A stretch of DNA of 63,888 nt, counting the filler, from Reclinomonas americana ATCC 50394 (taxonomy: Eukaryota), in the NCBI GenBank assembly GCA_048213135.1. It is 6 parts of 3 records of this genome, joined end to end, with 100 filler letters (N's around TTAATTAATTAA, not from the genome) between each part and the next. Parts side by side here need not be neighbours in the genome. Positions count along the whole stretch, not along the records: positions 48,661 to 63,888 come from PS015069.1; 5 more parts are not named here. One strand, written 5' to 3'. Below, piece by piece: positions 50,688 to 63,448 of the stretch; position 1 is the stretch's first letter; every line of letters begins with the position of its first letter. The position numbers and the translations under genes are program-made. The notes beneath the pieces were generated by a model. That model was not told the origin of the DNA, did not search any database, and worked only from the letters and a program-made list of their open reading frames with translations.

Positions 50688-52983
50688 CTACGTTCCAATG
50701 CCCTTGACGACAACCTTGTCGAAAATGTCGACAAAGCGCTCTGTTGCATGATAGCGACACCGCAGCTCCTCGTATCTCTCCAAGTCGTAGGCCTGCGCAA
50801 ACTCCTCTCTGCGTTCTCTTCGTGTTAGAGAGAGACTATATGCATCGGTGGTGTTGTCGTGTTGCAAGCACCGCACCTGGTGTAGTACGAGTGGCTGTAC
50901 AGTGCCTTGTGGCCACCGACCTCGGTACACAGGGCCTCCATCTGCCGGTTCACCAGGCGGAAGTCGGTGACACGGGCTGCCGGACCAAAATTGCCGTAGA
51001 TGCCAATGTTGACGTGGAAGTCCTCGTTGCGGGGACCCATGGAGAAGATTTTTCTGCTGCTCTCCATACGGCGTGCGGGACACAGCCACAGTGGATAGAT
51101 GTCGAGATCGGCGTGGCAAAAGAGGAGGCACTTGCGCAGTGCGCTCATTGGCACACACATGTCTTGCACCATCTGTGGGCGCCGCACCCGATGAGATGCG
51201 CAGTAGAAGCATTGTTGGCAGTGTAGATTGTCACCGACCGCAGTCTTTTCGCGTTCCTCGTCACTCCAGTGCATACCAATCTTGAACTGCGCGACCGGCA
51301 CATGTCAGTACACGCGAGAGTGCCAACAACGCAGTGACAACACACCATGGTTCGCGATTCGAGCATCCAACCCCATAGAGCGCGCATCGCCAACGACTCG
51401 GCCGACTGCAGCATGAAGAAGCAGCCGCGATCGTAGCGGAACAAATAGTCCATGAGCGACGTGCTGAGAGTGAAGCGACAGAGAACGTGACCCAGCAGGC
51501 TGTCGGGTGACGGCGGTGGTGAACCCCACTCGATTTCATCCTCATCGCTATCTTCCTCGTCATCGTGTCGTCGTCGCGAACACTTGTCGTCAATCATGCG
51601 CTCCAGTTCCTCAAAGAAGAGCCGATCGCGCCACCGCAGCAAGCGAACATATGGACCACCTGCACGGGTGTGAGGCAGGCTGCGAATGCATACAAATGAG
51701 GGTGCCGACGCAACTCGCATGCTCGGACATGATCGCTTCCACCACTGCCGATCGATCGGGATCAAAGACCACCGCGTCGATAAAGTCGAGCACTGGTGGA
51801 TCGCGACCGTCATTAAGCGTGGCGTTGCATACTCGATCGAGGTGCGAGACGCAGTCGGCGCGGTGCGAGTACACGGTCACTTGCATGACCACGTGTCTGC
51901 AAGCGCCATGAACAAGTATGCCGAGTGGAAGCACACACACAGACAACGACGCAACGGCAACACTCGCATGCACTGCAGCTTGGCCGACACCACCAGCGCC
52001 AAACTGCCAAACGAGCCAAACAGTCCGTAGAACAGATCGGCGTGCTGCTGTCGCGAGGCCGTCACCACCGTGCCATCGCCGAGCACCAACTCCATCTCCA
52101 GCACAACGTCCTCAAACAAACCTGCACGTTCACAGACACATGTCAGCTGTGAGTTGTTCCTCGAAAAAGCAGCAGTGCTTTTCGCACCATGTCGGAACGA
52201 TGAGCTCTCAATGCCCAGTCCCTGAATCGCGCCGCCCACTGTGCGCGTGCGTCAGTGAGAACTGCACCAGCAGCACCAACAGCAGACAAACACAGCACCG
52301 GTGATATTCTGGAACTCGGGCACCACCGCCGGCACCATACCGTACTCATCAGCCAGTGCCTCGCACAGATCGCGCATGGTGACTGCGGCCTCCACTACCA
52401 CCGTGCAGTCTGCTCGTAACCACTGTGAGTGCCACGACTGCTTCACAGCGCCCTCACACACAAACAACACACCGTCGACATTGACATTGCGAATGCGCGA
52501 CAGCGACGACAAGTCGATTGGCACCGTGCCGGCCTTGTATGTGTGCGTGCGTGTCGAGTGTGCATCGCCCACTTTGCGCAGCACCGAGATTCTCTTGTGC
52601 TGCTCGGCGGCCAGCAGCACGCGCTGGCGAATCCTGTCACTGACAACATGCGTCTCCGCCTCGGAGAGGTCCACCACTGGCGGCACTCTCCTCCGCTGCC
52701 ACCACGCAATGCCGCACAACACACAGAACCAGACGAGTGCCACCACAAGCACCGTGGTGACCGGCAGCAGCGCCAGCGTGCACAGGAACACTGTGGAGGT
52801 GGTGGGCGGGTCAAACACTCGGCCTCAAACACGCTATTTGCGGCCGCAACACACACCTGTCACTGGTGTGGCACACACGCGGCTCGCCGTGTACCATGCG
52901 GCAGCAATGGGAGCGGCGGCCGCTGCACAGGTCAGGGCCAGCCACTTGGGGTTGTGCCGGATCATGAGCCACACGTACTCCAT
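50688..52983 (-). CDS. Delta(24)-sterol reductase (DHCR24/DWF1)-like FAD oxidoreductase
   Basis: VVVEAAVTM, PAVVPEFQNITVGGAIQGLGIESSSFRHGLF, DLFYGLFGSFGSL, DYLFRYDRG, VQDMCVP, IYPLWLCP, GHKALYSHSY. Confidence 0.9.
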
Positions 52984-53170
52984 GTCTCCCAAATTCGAAC
53001 AACAAAAAAGTTGTCGAAACGCGTCACGGGACGGACGCAAACACGCCGAGTTGTTTATGAGAAAAAGGGCGCGCGATTACACACAAGCATAAGGGGAAAC
53101 CAGGGACTGACAACTGAAACACAAAGAGGAGAGGAGAACTGTGGTATTGTGGTCGATATCGTTGCGGCGC

Positions 53171-55350
53171 TCATGAGCGCACCACATGACGACGCGCCGG
53201 CAGCGTCGTCGATGTCGACCGCGCATTGTCCTCGTCAACGACAACATCGTCGTCGTCGTCAATGGCAAACGAGCTTTCCGCATGCGNNNNNNNNNNNNNN
53301 NNNNNNNNNNNNNNNNNNNNNNNNNNNNNNNNNNNNNNNNNNNNNNNNNNNNNNNNNNNNNNNNNNNNNNNNNNNNNNNNNNNNNNNNNNNNNNNNNNNN
53401 NNNNNNNNNNNNNNNNNNNNNNNNNNNNNNNNNNNNNNNNNNNNNNNNNNNNNNNNNNNNNNNNNNNNNNNNNNNNNNNNNNNNNNNNNNNNNNNNNNNN
53501 NNNNNNNNNNNNNNNNNNNNNNNNNNNNNNNNNNNNNNNNNNNNNNNNNNNNNNNNNNNNNNNNNNNNNNNNNNNNNNNNNNNNNNNNNNNNNNNNNNNN
53601 NNNNNNNACAGGCGGCGCTTGCTCGACAGCAGAGTGCCACCGCAGCCGGCCGACGCCGCTGCCGCCGATCCACCAGCCACACTGCCCTGTGACATGGGCG
53701 TGGGCACGGGCGACGCCCGCGGATCCTCCGAGTCCGATGTTGACGGCTCGCCGTCAATCTCCTCCTCGGCGTCCAGGTCGTCGAGGTCCATCCGTTGTTG
53801 CCTTCTCGCCTCGTCGGCTGCCTCCACGGCATCCACTGAGGCGGTGACGGAACCAGCGGCCGCCGAGGCCGCTGCTGAGGCCGCGCTGCCGGCAGGTGAG
53901 GCGCGCATGCCCTTGGCCAGTACGTCGTCGGGATCATCGCCGTCGATGAGTGGCAGGGCGAGATCGGCCACCAAGTCTTCGCGGAACTCCATGTCCAGCG
54001 GAGCGTCGTCGACGCAGTAGAGAATGTCGCGGATGCGATCTTCGTCGTTCAAGCTGCACCAGCATTGGGTAAGCACGGAGCNNNNNNNNNNNNNNNNNNN
54101 NNNNNNNNNNNNNNNNNNNNNNNNNNNNNNNNNNNNNNNNNNNNNNNNNNNNNNNNNNNNNNNNNNNNNNNNNNNNNNNNNNNNNNNNNNNNNNNNNNNN
54201 NNNNNNNNNNNNNNNNNNNNNNNNNNNNNNNNNNNNNNNNNNNNNNNNNNNNNNNNNNNNNNNNNNNNNNNNNNNNNNNNNNNNNNNNNNNNNNNNNNNN
54301 NNNNNNNNNNNNNNNNNNNNNNNNNNNNNNNNNNNNNNNNNNNNNNNNNNNNNNNNNNNNNNNNNNNNNNNNNNNNNNNNNNNNNNNNNNNNNNNNNNNN
54401 NNNNNNNNNNNNNNNNNNNNNNNNNNNNNNNNNNNNNNNNNNNNAGAAGGCGGTTGGAACAAGTGCGCGCAGGCACGCAACAAGTCGACAACATCCTGCA
54501 GGCAGCGGCTCCACTCCTCCGCAATGCCCTGAGCCGACACGCGCTGCAACGTCGACAACACGTCGCGCACATTGCCAAACTCCTCCCACTGTCACAAAAA
54601 ATAGTCAGTGACGCATCACAAAAGAAAAGAACGCCATCGACACACACCTGCAGACGAATGACGCGCGAGCCGCCAGTGCCCATCATGTCGAGGAACGACT
54701 GGTAGCAGCGGTGGAGGCCGGAGAGGTAATCGAGCGGAATGCCGCTCTCGCACTCGCGGCCTCGCACACGGTGCACACGATCAAAGCACTCCTCCGGTGT
54801 CACGTCGAGGTACAGCACCATGTGCGGCATCGGCAGCCGCTCCAGCATGCGTGCCCGCAGGCGCAAGTAGAATTCGTACTGCAGCGCATCAATCTGGCCA
54901 TCGTCAAAGTTCTTTTGCGCAAACACAATGTCGCTGTAGACGGAGCGGTCGAGAATCACACCGTGGCCGGTGGTCAGGTTGTGCCGCAGCGCCTGTACAC
55001 GCAATCAATGAGCCACTTCGGGAGGGGGGTGGGGGATGGGTGGGAAGGAAATGTACCTTGATGAATGTGAAGAAGCGCTGTCGCAGCAGCCAGATCTGCA
55101 TACGTAGAGCGTACTTGCGCGGCTCGGCATAGAAGCGGTCGAGGAAGGGGTTCTGCACAGTGGGCTCGAGGTACACACGGAGGCTCTCGCCACCTGCGCG
55201 GCACAGCTCCTCCAGGTCGCGCGAGAGGGTGCTCTTGCCGGCGGAGATGTTGCCCTCGAGACACACAATGGCGCCGCGACGAGCGAGGCCATTGAGAACA
55301 GCCGAGGAAGGCGTGGTTGTGGTCGTGGTCACTGTGGTTGTCGTGCTCAT
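53171..55350 (-). CDS. Deoxynucleoside kinase family protein with acidic C-terminal extension (start may lie further upstream, up to about 55590)
   Basis: CLEGNISAGKST, YLEP, MQIWLLRQRF, ILDRSVYSDIVF, VLYLDVTPEEC..RGRECESGIPLDYL. Confidence 0.9.
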
Positions 55351-55649
55351 GATGATGGACGATGCTTTATGCTTGAGAAGAGGAGCAAGTGGTGCGGAGA
55401 GACGGCACACGGGCGGAGTGTGAGTGGTGGTGGAGGTGGAGAAGCGCGCGATTGAAGACCCTGCGCGCATGAAGTGAGTAAGTCGCATGACATAGCAAAC
55501 CTGTGTGCATAAAACGTGTCGTGACACACACACACTCTCTCTCACGCACGCACGCACACTCACCCAAGAGTGGAAGCAAACTAAATCGCATAAACAACAA
55601 CAAAGAGAGCGAGAGGGGGGGGGGAGCGCACAAAAAAAAGGGCGCTAAT

Positions 55650-55765
55650 CACTTGGCGCGCGCACGAAAGTGGGCAAGAAAATGAATCGGGCGCGAAATT
55701 AGAGGTTTGCCCACCCGCGCGCGGGATTGTTGTTTTACGCGCCAAGTGCTCGCGTCGCGGGAACT
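55650..55765. promoter_or_regulatory. Cluster of E2F-like GCGC elements in the bidirectional promoter of dNK and POLA2
   Basis: GCGCGAAA at 55691-55698 (= TTTCGCGC), plus TTGGCGCG, GCGCGGGA, CGCGCCAA and CGCGGGAA within about 110 nt. Confidence 0.55.
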
Positions 55766-55805
55766 GTCCCGGGGTTTGCCTTGCGACGAATTGAAGTGTG
55801 GTGGG

Positions 55806-58196
55806 ATGGCGTCGAGTGCGTTGCGGGAGGCGTTTGCGCGGCGTGCGCTGGAGGTGTCGGGCGCGACCAGTGAGCGCCTGTGTGACATGATGCGCGAGTT
55901 TGATGTGCAGTCGACTGAGGACATGGCAACAAAGTTTGAGGTGAGTGAGTGTGTGTGCTTGTCTCTCTCTGTCTCACAGTCTGCTCACCACGTCCTCGCA
56001 CAGGCATTCGTCATGAACGCCGGCTGCTCTGAGATCACCGACGATGTCATTGACCGCTTCAACAAATTCATGATCAAGCAGGCAAAGAAGCCGGCGAGAA
56101 AGAGCGCACCCGCACGCAAGCCCGTCTCGGCCACCCTCGGCGGTACCTTCACCAAGGAGACCATTCAGTCGTTGCGTCACTCTCCCACCGCACACAGCAC
56201 AGACACAGACAGATGAACTGACACTTGCTGAGCAATGCAGAATGCCATCGCGCATTGGGTCCTCGGTTGGCGAGGTGAGAGTGTGTGTGTGGCTCTTTCT
56301 CTTTCTCTGTCTCTCTGCGCATTGACACCCCTCTGCTCGCGCGTGTGTGCGGCCAGGCCATGGAGATTGACAGTTCGCCGCAACAGGGCCGCTCGTCGCG
56401 TCGCGCCTCGTCGCCGTTTCGTGGTGCGTCGACGCCCAAGCCGATGAAGTTGCACACGCCACTGCGGTCGCCTATCAACCAGAATCGTGGCAAGGTGCGG
56501 GGATTCGCGCGCGTGGCTCGTGCCTCCCGCGTCTGCGTTGCCTCCTCTTATTGTTGTTGTTGCGCAGGTGCATCTGGTGCACAACGAGGGACTGCAGGGG
56601 TCGCCGGGGGAGCACGGTCGGTCGTCGTCGCTGGTGATTCGCGTGCTGAATGCACTGCCGAGGGTACGCTTCTACACACCCGCGTGCGCTTCTGCGTGTG
56701 TTGTCCTCATCGCTGTGTGGATTAGGAGTTCCGCTACATGCGTGAACCGCTGACGCGGCGTGCGGACCACCTCAAGCACCGTCTCGCTTCGCTGTCGTCG
56801 CTGATTCTCGCGCACAATGCCCTCGCCGAGGAGCGTGCGCCGATTCGTTGCATCCGGCAAGAGGCGGTGGTGTTTTGCGGTCGACTGCTGCCAGACACGG
56901 AGGACGGCAAGTGGAATGCCGAGTCGATTCTGATTGAGGGCGATCTGGAGGACTCGGATGTTTCGTGACACAGAGGTTGCGCGTGCCTCCTCCTCTGTGT
57001 TCTCACTGCTCGACAAAACGCAGGGCGAGCGAGCGCGCCTGATTGTGCGCGACTTGCCGTGGTTTGTCTTCTTCCCGGGCCAAGTGGTGGCCGTGCGCGG
57101 CATGAACATTGACGGGCAGACGATTCGTGCGAGCCAGCTGTTCCTGGTGCGCCATGTCGCGCTTCTTTTATCACTCTGCTTGCGTGCGTCTCACTCACTT
57201 TTTCACTTCTCAGCCACCACCGCCAGAACCCATGTCCAATCCCGCCTTGGTGCCCGAAGCACCAGTGTCGTTCCTGGTGGCCGCCGGTCCGTTCCCCAGC
57301 GAGGACGATTTGCGCGACGTGGTCGACGCGGCCATTACACAGCGCGTCGACTTTTTGCTGCTGTTGGGTCCGTTTGTCGACATTGACAAGGACTCGCTGG
57401 ACGACGATGTGCTGTTCGAGGAGCGCTTCGAGTGGCTCGTCAAGGAATTCTGCGTGGAGCGACTGGAGCGGGCGGCGGCGGCCGAGGACGCCGTTGTTCC
57501 GCCACCGAAGCTGGTGCTGATGCCGTCGCTCAAGGACGCACACCACGATTTTGTGTACCCGCAGCCGCCATTCGCCACCAATTTCCGTGTCACGGCCGAT
57601 GTGGTGAGTGTGCACTCATCCATGTACACTGCGGCAAACAAAGAAGAACTCACGAGCTCACGCCCCCCTTTTGTGTTGCCCAGTCGTCGGTGACCTGCGT
57701 GCCGAATCCGTCGGTCCTCGAGGTGCGAGGCCTGACGGTGGCGGCCACGTCGGTGGACGTGCTGATGAACTTGAGTGCGGAGGGCATCTCGTTCGGCTCC
57801 GACCCAGCCTCGCTCATGGACGCGGCCGGCGATCGCATCTCGTCGCTGCTGCGTCACGGCCTGCTGCGTCAGCGCTCACTCTACCCGCTCTTCCCACCAT
57901 CGGTGCAAGTGCCACTCGACTTTACGTACGCGCAGCACGTGGAGATGCCGCGGCGGCCCGACATTCTGGTGACGCCCTCCCGTCTGACCCAGTTTGTTAA
58001 GGTCGTCGACGGCTGCGTGTGCGTCAATCCACGCTACGTGTCCACCGGCCGCTCGGTGGCTCGTGTCGACGCCTTCCCACCAGCACCACCGTCGCTGTCA
58101 CAGGCGGAGTCATCGTCGCCGGCGGCTGGGCCGTCAAGAGGGCCGCGTGTGTCGCCAGTGGCCGACCGCGTGCGCGTGGAAATCATTCAATTATAA
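55806..58196 (+). CDS. POLA2: DNA polymerase alpha subunit B
   Basis: FRYMRE, CGRL..DGKWNAESILIEG, FFPGQVVAVRGMN, VAAGPF, LLLGPFVD, LMPSLKDAHHDFVYPQPPF, RQRSLYPLFPP, PDILVTPS..CVNP. Confidence 0.96.
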
Positions 58197-58357
58197 ACAA
58201 ACATGAACATGTGCACAAGCCGCGCGTGTCCTTGACACTTCATTCTTCAACAAGAAAACAAGCACGCCAGACTGCTGGCATGTGCAGAGGGTGAAAAACG
58301 GAATGACAGAAACCTCACATCAAAAAAAGGCAATGTGTAGGTCCGCGACGCCGCGTT

Positions 58358-59986
58358 TTAGTTGGTGATGGTGAAGGTGGTGGTCTTCTCGTCGAAGATG
58401 CGGCTGTGCGGGTGCTGTGTGTAGGGAAGGGAAAAGTGAGCGGTCATATACTCCACGGGGAGAAAATGAAGCGTGACGCAACGCCAGAACCGCACTCGCC
58501 CTCGCAGATGGCGCAGTCGACTGCATAGAGAATGGAGGGAGTGAGAAGACAAGGAGGAGGTGAGAAGCGCTCTGCACACACGCACCCTTGTACACGCCGG
58601 GGACGAACGGAGTGTCCTCCGTCGGCTCGGTCGACAGGGTGAAGGTGGCAGTGTAGTTGCCGGGCTTGAACTCGGGGACGAGGTCGCCGCCGCCGACCGG
58701 GAAGCCGACCGGGGGAATCACTGCGAGAAGGGGAGAACACACGAAATCAGAAACGTGCTGATGGGCATGCCGCCTTGCACACGCCAAACAACTCACCCTC
58801 GCAGTCGATCTCGCCAGTGCCAGCCGGGTTGAAGCTGTGATGACAATTCATGAAGTCGAGTGAGGAACACTTCTTCCGACAATGTGCGACGAGCGGGGGA
58901 ATGAAGAGACGCAACACGCCGAAGAGGAGGTTAATGTCGAACTTCTGACCGGTGCGGCCAGACGGCGGCTGCACACTCAGGCTGCTGATCTGAGCGCACT
59001 GGCCAGTGCAGTCATTGTCCGGGCACACGTGGATCAGCTGGCAGTAGTAGATCGGGTCGAGGTCGGCCTTCTCAATCGCCTTGATGAACTCGGTAATGCC
59101 CACGTAGTCGCACTGCATGACAACAGAGATCAGCAAACACACTGTCCGGCTATGCCTGAGGGAGAGGGGGCAAGAGACGCACCAGCAGGTTGCAGACGAC
59201 CTGCTCGAGCTCCTTTGGAAGCTGGCCGCAGAGGTCAGAGCACTGCACACCGAAAACAAAACAAGAAAAATGAGTGTCAAGAAAAGCGGGGAGCTCGATC
59301 CAACTCGCAGCACAAGAACGCAACTCCACCGACGACACCTAGAGACGGCAAAGAGAACGAGAGACAAGAGTAAGTGTATCGGCCCTCATGCGGACATGGA
59401 GAAATCAGACATGATGCCGCGCACCAGCATTCTGTAAAGCAGGCAGAGAGCAAGAGGTGAGACTCTGCTGGCCACACGAGACGGCACACACACAAGAGAG
59501 AGGAACTCACCAGGATGATGTTCAACAGCTCATTGATGCTCTCGCTGTTAAGAAAAGAACACACAATGAGCGAGGAGTGGAGAGGAGAGAGGGGCAACAG
59601 TGGGCAGTTCAACTCACCCCATGAAGTTGACGCAGAGCGGGCACATGTCACTGGAGAGCGCGACGGAGGGAAAAGCGGAACAATAAGTTATGCGGCCTTG
59701 CACAAAAACACTCTCTTTCTCTCACTTGACGCAACATGCCCACGGGGCTGCGAGCCGGCGCAGAGGCCGACACCGACGACGCCTGCTCACACACACACAC
59801 ACGCAAGTGAGCAACACAAGAGGAGAGAGAGAGAGTGGTAAAAGTGTGTCATGGCCATGACATTTCTCACCCCCACACGACCCCCCCCACCCCACACACA
59901 CACATCACAACACGAGAAAACACAGCGCGACTCACCACCAGCAGAGCGCACACAAGCGCGACAGTCAGCAGGACCAACTTGTTCAT
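58358..59986 (-). CDS. Countin-like secreted saposin-B domain protein
   Basis: Signal peptide MNKLVLLTVALVCALLV; CPLCVNFM..SINELLNIIL..CSDLCGQLP..VCNLLCDYVGITEFIKAIEKADLDPIYYCQLIHVC; GTGE; AICEGECGS..HPHS. Confidence 0.9.
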
Positions 59987-60080
59987 TCTCGCAAAGGTTG
60001 TGCGGAAAAAATGGGGTGTGTTGTTCCGTTGCATGGATGCATGGAAGGCCACGGAAATCACTTCGATTACCTCTGCACCA

Positions 60081-62533
60081 ATGCCGGCGCTGGCGTTCCG
60101 CCTCGCGCACCGCCTGGGCGTGAGCCTAACCTTTCTCAAGCTCACCAGTCTCATCTTCGGCTGCCTCGTCATGGCCGTCGCCGGTGAGATTGCGCCAAAA
60201 AAGGCAACGGAGCCCCGACGAACTCATTGCTCTCTTCCCTCTCTTCCCCCAGGCAATCTCTACTGCTACTCGGTGTATGCACCACAGCTGAAGGAGCACT
60301 TGCACTACGATCAGACAGAGGCGGCGTTGGTTTCGTCAGTCGGCGACTGGGGGTGAGTGGAGATCAGGCGCGCATCTCCTCTGCGGAAGTGCAGCAGTCG
60401 CCTCATTGATTTGACAACAACGCACAGGCTGTACTTGGCCATCACCACTGGCACTCTGTATCACCACCTTGGCCCGCATCTCACGCACTTTGTGGGCGGA
60501 ACATGCGCGTTTCTTGGGTACGCCGACGCGAAAAGTTCTCACATCTCTCTCTGACTCTCTGACTCTCTGTCTCAAAGGTACTTTCTGATGTACTGTGTGA
60601 CGCAAGGATGGTTCTCGGCTCCGCCACTGGTGCTGGGCATCTTCATGGCGATTGCCGGGCAGGGATGCTCGTGCGCGTTTGTGGCCGCCTTGCTCGGCAA
60701 CGAGTGCAATTTTGATCAGAAGCATCGCGGAAAGGTGATCTCTCCCTCTCTCTCCTCCCCCTTCTCGCTCTGTGTGTGGGCACCTCATGCAGATCGCGCA
60801 GATCACCGGTCTGCTGGTGTCGTTCTTTGGGCTCAGCGCCGCCATCATGACCACGTTTCACTCGATGGATGTGTTCAACGAGGTCACACCGGGATCGTTG
60901 CGCTCTTGCTCGCTCGCTTCTGCTTGTAGTGTGTGTGCACACTGTGCTCATGATCGTCGTGGTGTGAGGCAGCCTCTCCAACTTTTTGTTGTTCCTTGCC
61001 GTGTTTCCCGGCGTCACCATCCTCCTCGGCGGCATCATGGTGAATCGGCTGTCTGATATTCCGCCTCGCGCTCCGGAGGCCAACAGCGACGATGAGGGCG
61101 AGGGCGAGCGGCGAAAACTGCTCACCAATGCGGAACGTGCGTGCACCTTTTGTTTCTTGCACGTACGCACACTCTTCTGACACCTGCTGCAGCGGCCGAT
61201 GTGGAGTCGGGTGCGACAGCACCGGCCATCAAGTCCCACGGCGCCACAATGAGCGGTGCGTCTTTTCGTTGTTTCTCTTTCCCCTAGTGGCGCGTGCGCG
61301 TGGATCTCACAAGCCACTGTCGTGCAGCCGATGATTTCAAAAAGGGAGCAGACGGCCAGGCGCCGTCGGCACTTGGCATCACCGAGTCACTGCCAGAGAT
61401 CGACATTGGCGGCTGGGCCATTTTCCGCGACATTCGCATGTACCTGCTGTTCTTCTCTGTGTTGTTGATCGCGTCGGTGCGTGCACTCGTTTCGATACAC
61501 GGTGCTCTGTGTGTGTGGCGGTGCTTGACTTGTGCGCTTGTGCAGCCGGGTTTGTGCTGGATCAACAACCTTGGCTTTGTGGTACGTGTGCGTGCGCTCT
61601 TTCTGAGTTGTGCTCCGTGTGCTGACTCTTTCCTGCCATCTGTCTGCATGCTCCAGACTGCGAGTCAGTACATGAGCTCGGTGAGTGAGGTCGGTTGGCA
61701 AAAAGGGGCGATGGAGCACGATGCTCACCAAACAGGTGCTGGCAGGAATTCAAGGACCAGCTGGTGATTGTCTTGTCCATCAGCAACGCCGCTGGCCGAC
61801 TGCTGTGGGGCTTCCTCAGCGACGTCATGTTGCGTTGCTGCCCTTTCATGTGCGCGCAGTGGTCGATTTTGACGCCTCGCGCAGCGTCCACCGCGTTCCA
61901 CGCTTGTACTTTTTGGCGCTGTCGGGCGCCGGCATGTTCATCGGCTACCTCACCGTGTACTTTGTGGTCAACTCGGCCTCGGTCGTGGCCGTCACCATTC
62001 TTGTTGGCCTCTGCTACGGTGGTGCGTGTTCACCCCAAAGAGAGAGACAGAGATGTAATTGAGTGCCTCACACTCGTACCGACAGGCACCTTTGCCATCT
62101 TCCCGTGCGTGACCCGTGAGATGTTTGGCAAGCGCCAGTATGGCATCAACTTTGGTCTGATGGCCACCGCACCCGGCTTCGGCATCACCGTTCTCGGCGT
62201 GATGACCGGCAAAATCTACGACGAGCATGTTGCGCTTCGACGTCGTCGTCCTCACTGCTGCAGACTGCTGCTATTAAACTGCGCATACAGATTGTCGACA
62301 ATGACGAAACATGCTTCGGCACTGACTGCTTCCAGCTGTCGTTCCTGGTCCTGCTGTTCGTGGCGCTGGCCGGCGTCGGCGTGGCGCTCATTTTGCACTG
62401 GCGCAACAAGATCTGGATGCGGAAGCGCAGTCAACAGGCGGCCTTTGAGGCGCCGGCCGTAATCACCTCGGTGCCAGCCGCGGTAAAAACAGGCAGCACA
62501 GCCGCCGAGGGCGATTATGTAGCCGTGAAGTAG
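60081..62533 (+). CDS. Nodulin-like/NFD4/Mch1-type MFS transporter (alternative start at 60033)
   Basis: GNLYCYSVYAPQLK, NFDQKHRGKITGLLVSFFGLSAAI, SISNAAGRLLWGFLSD, GLCYGGTFA..EMFGKRQYGINFG, GKIYD..CFGTDCF. Confidence 0.9.
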
Positions 62534-62574
62534 TAAAAAAGTCCCGAAGAGAATAGTGTCACCGACACTCGCGA

Positions 62575-63003
62575 ATGATGATGAGAAGAGCGTCGATTGT
62601 GGGCCTCCTCTTCTTCCTCGTCCTTCTCCTCGTCGCATGCGCCACACCATCGCACAGTGCGCAGGACGAGCTGGAGGAGAGACGCGCCGTGGACGACGCT
62701 GATCTTGAGGAGTTTGTCGCCGCACTCGCCGCACTCCACACACCACCCGTGTCGGGCTTTGAGACGAGCACACACCAGGAGAAGCAGGAGAACGAGGAGA
62801 AGCAGGAGGTGGCAGCGTCGACCGATTCGCAAGAAGAGGAAGCGCTGAGTGACTCATCGTGGGGCTGGTACGGTCACGGCCACGTGCGTCGCACCGATGA
62901 CATTACGGTGGAGCAGCAGCGTGAGTTGCGGAGGCGCAAGAGGCATCGCAAGCAGCGAAAGGAGAAGAAGATGAGGGAGAAGATGGAGAAGAAGCCGCGA
63001 TGA
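62575..63003 (+). CDS. Small intronless secreted protein (signal peptide, acidic region, basic tail)
   Basis: 142-aa ORF with hydrophobic N-terminus SIVGLLFFLVLLLVACA, Glu-rich middle and Arg/Lys-rich end. Confidence 0.65.
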   Translation: MMMRRASIVGLLFFLVLLLVACATPSHSAQDELEERRAVDDADLEEFVAALAALHTPPVSGFETSTHQEKQENEEKQEVAASTDSQEEEALSDSSWGWYGHGHVRRTDDITVEQQRELRRRKRHRKQRKEKKMREKMEKKPR

Positions 63004-63448
63004 GAATGAACAATGTGTGAAGTGTTGTGTTGTGTTGCGTGTAGAGGTGGATGCTTGGGGCAGCGCGCTTATAGCTGTGTGTCTCTGAGGGCTGCGGGCG
63101 GTTGCAACCGTTGCATGTGCATTTTTTTTGACTTCCGAGTGCGGCGTGTCTCCCGCTCGTAATCTTGCTGCTTTATAACGTACTTGCTGCGACTAATTGT
63201 AACGCGCGCGCTTGGCCTTGCACGAGCGCGACGAGCACGCATTGACCTCGACGTCGACGACTTCCAACCCGTGCAAGCTAGGAAAAATCGCCTGCTTGAT
63301 GCTCGAAGCATGTACGTGCACTCTTGCTCCCGTCTGCTGTGTTTTTGCGCTTGAGGAAGGCGACTCGCCACATGCGACGTTACGATGAAGGACGCGGATG
63401 CATTGACATTGACCCCCGCCCGGTCTTATCACATTTTTTATCATCGCC

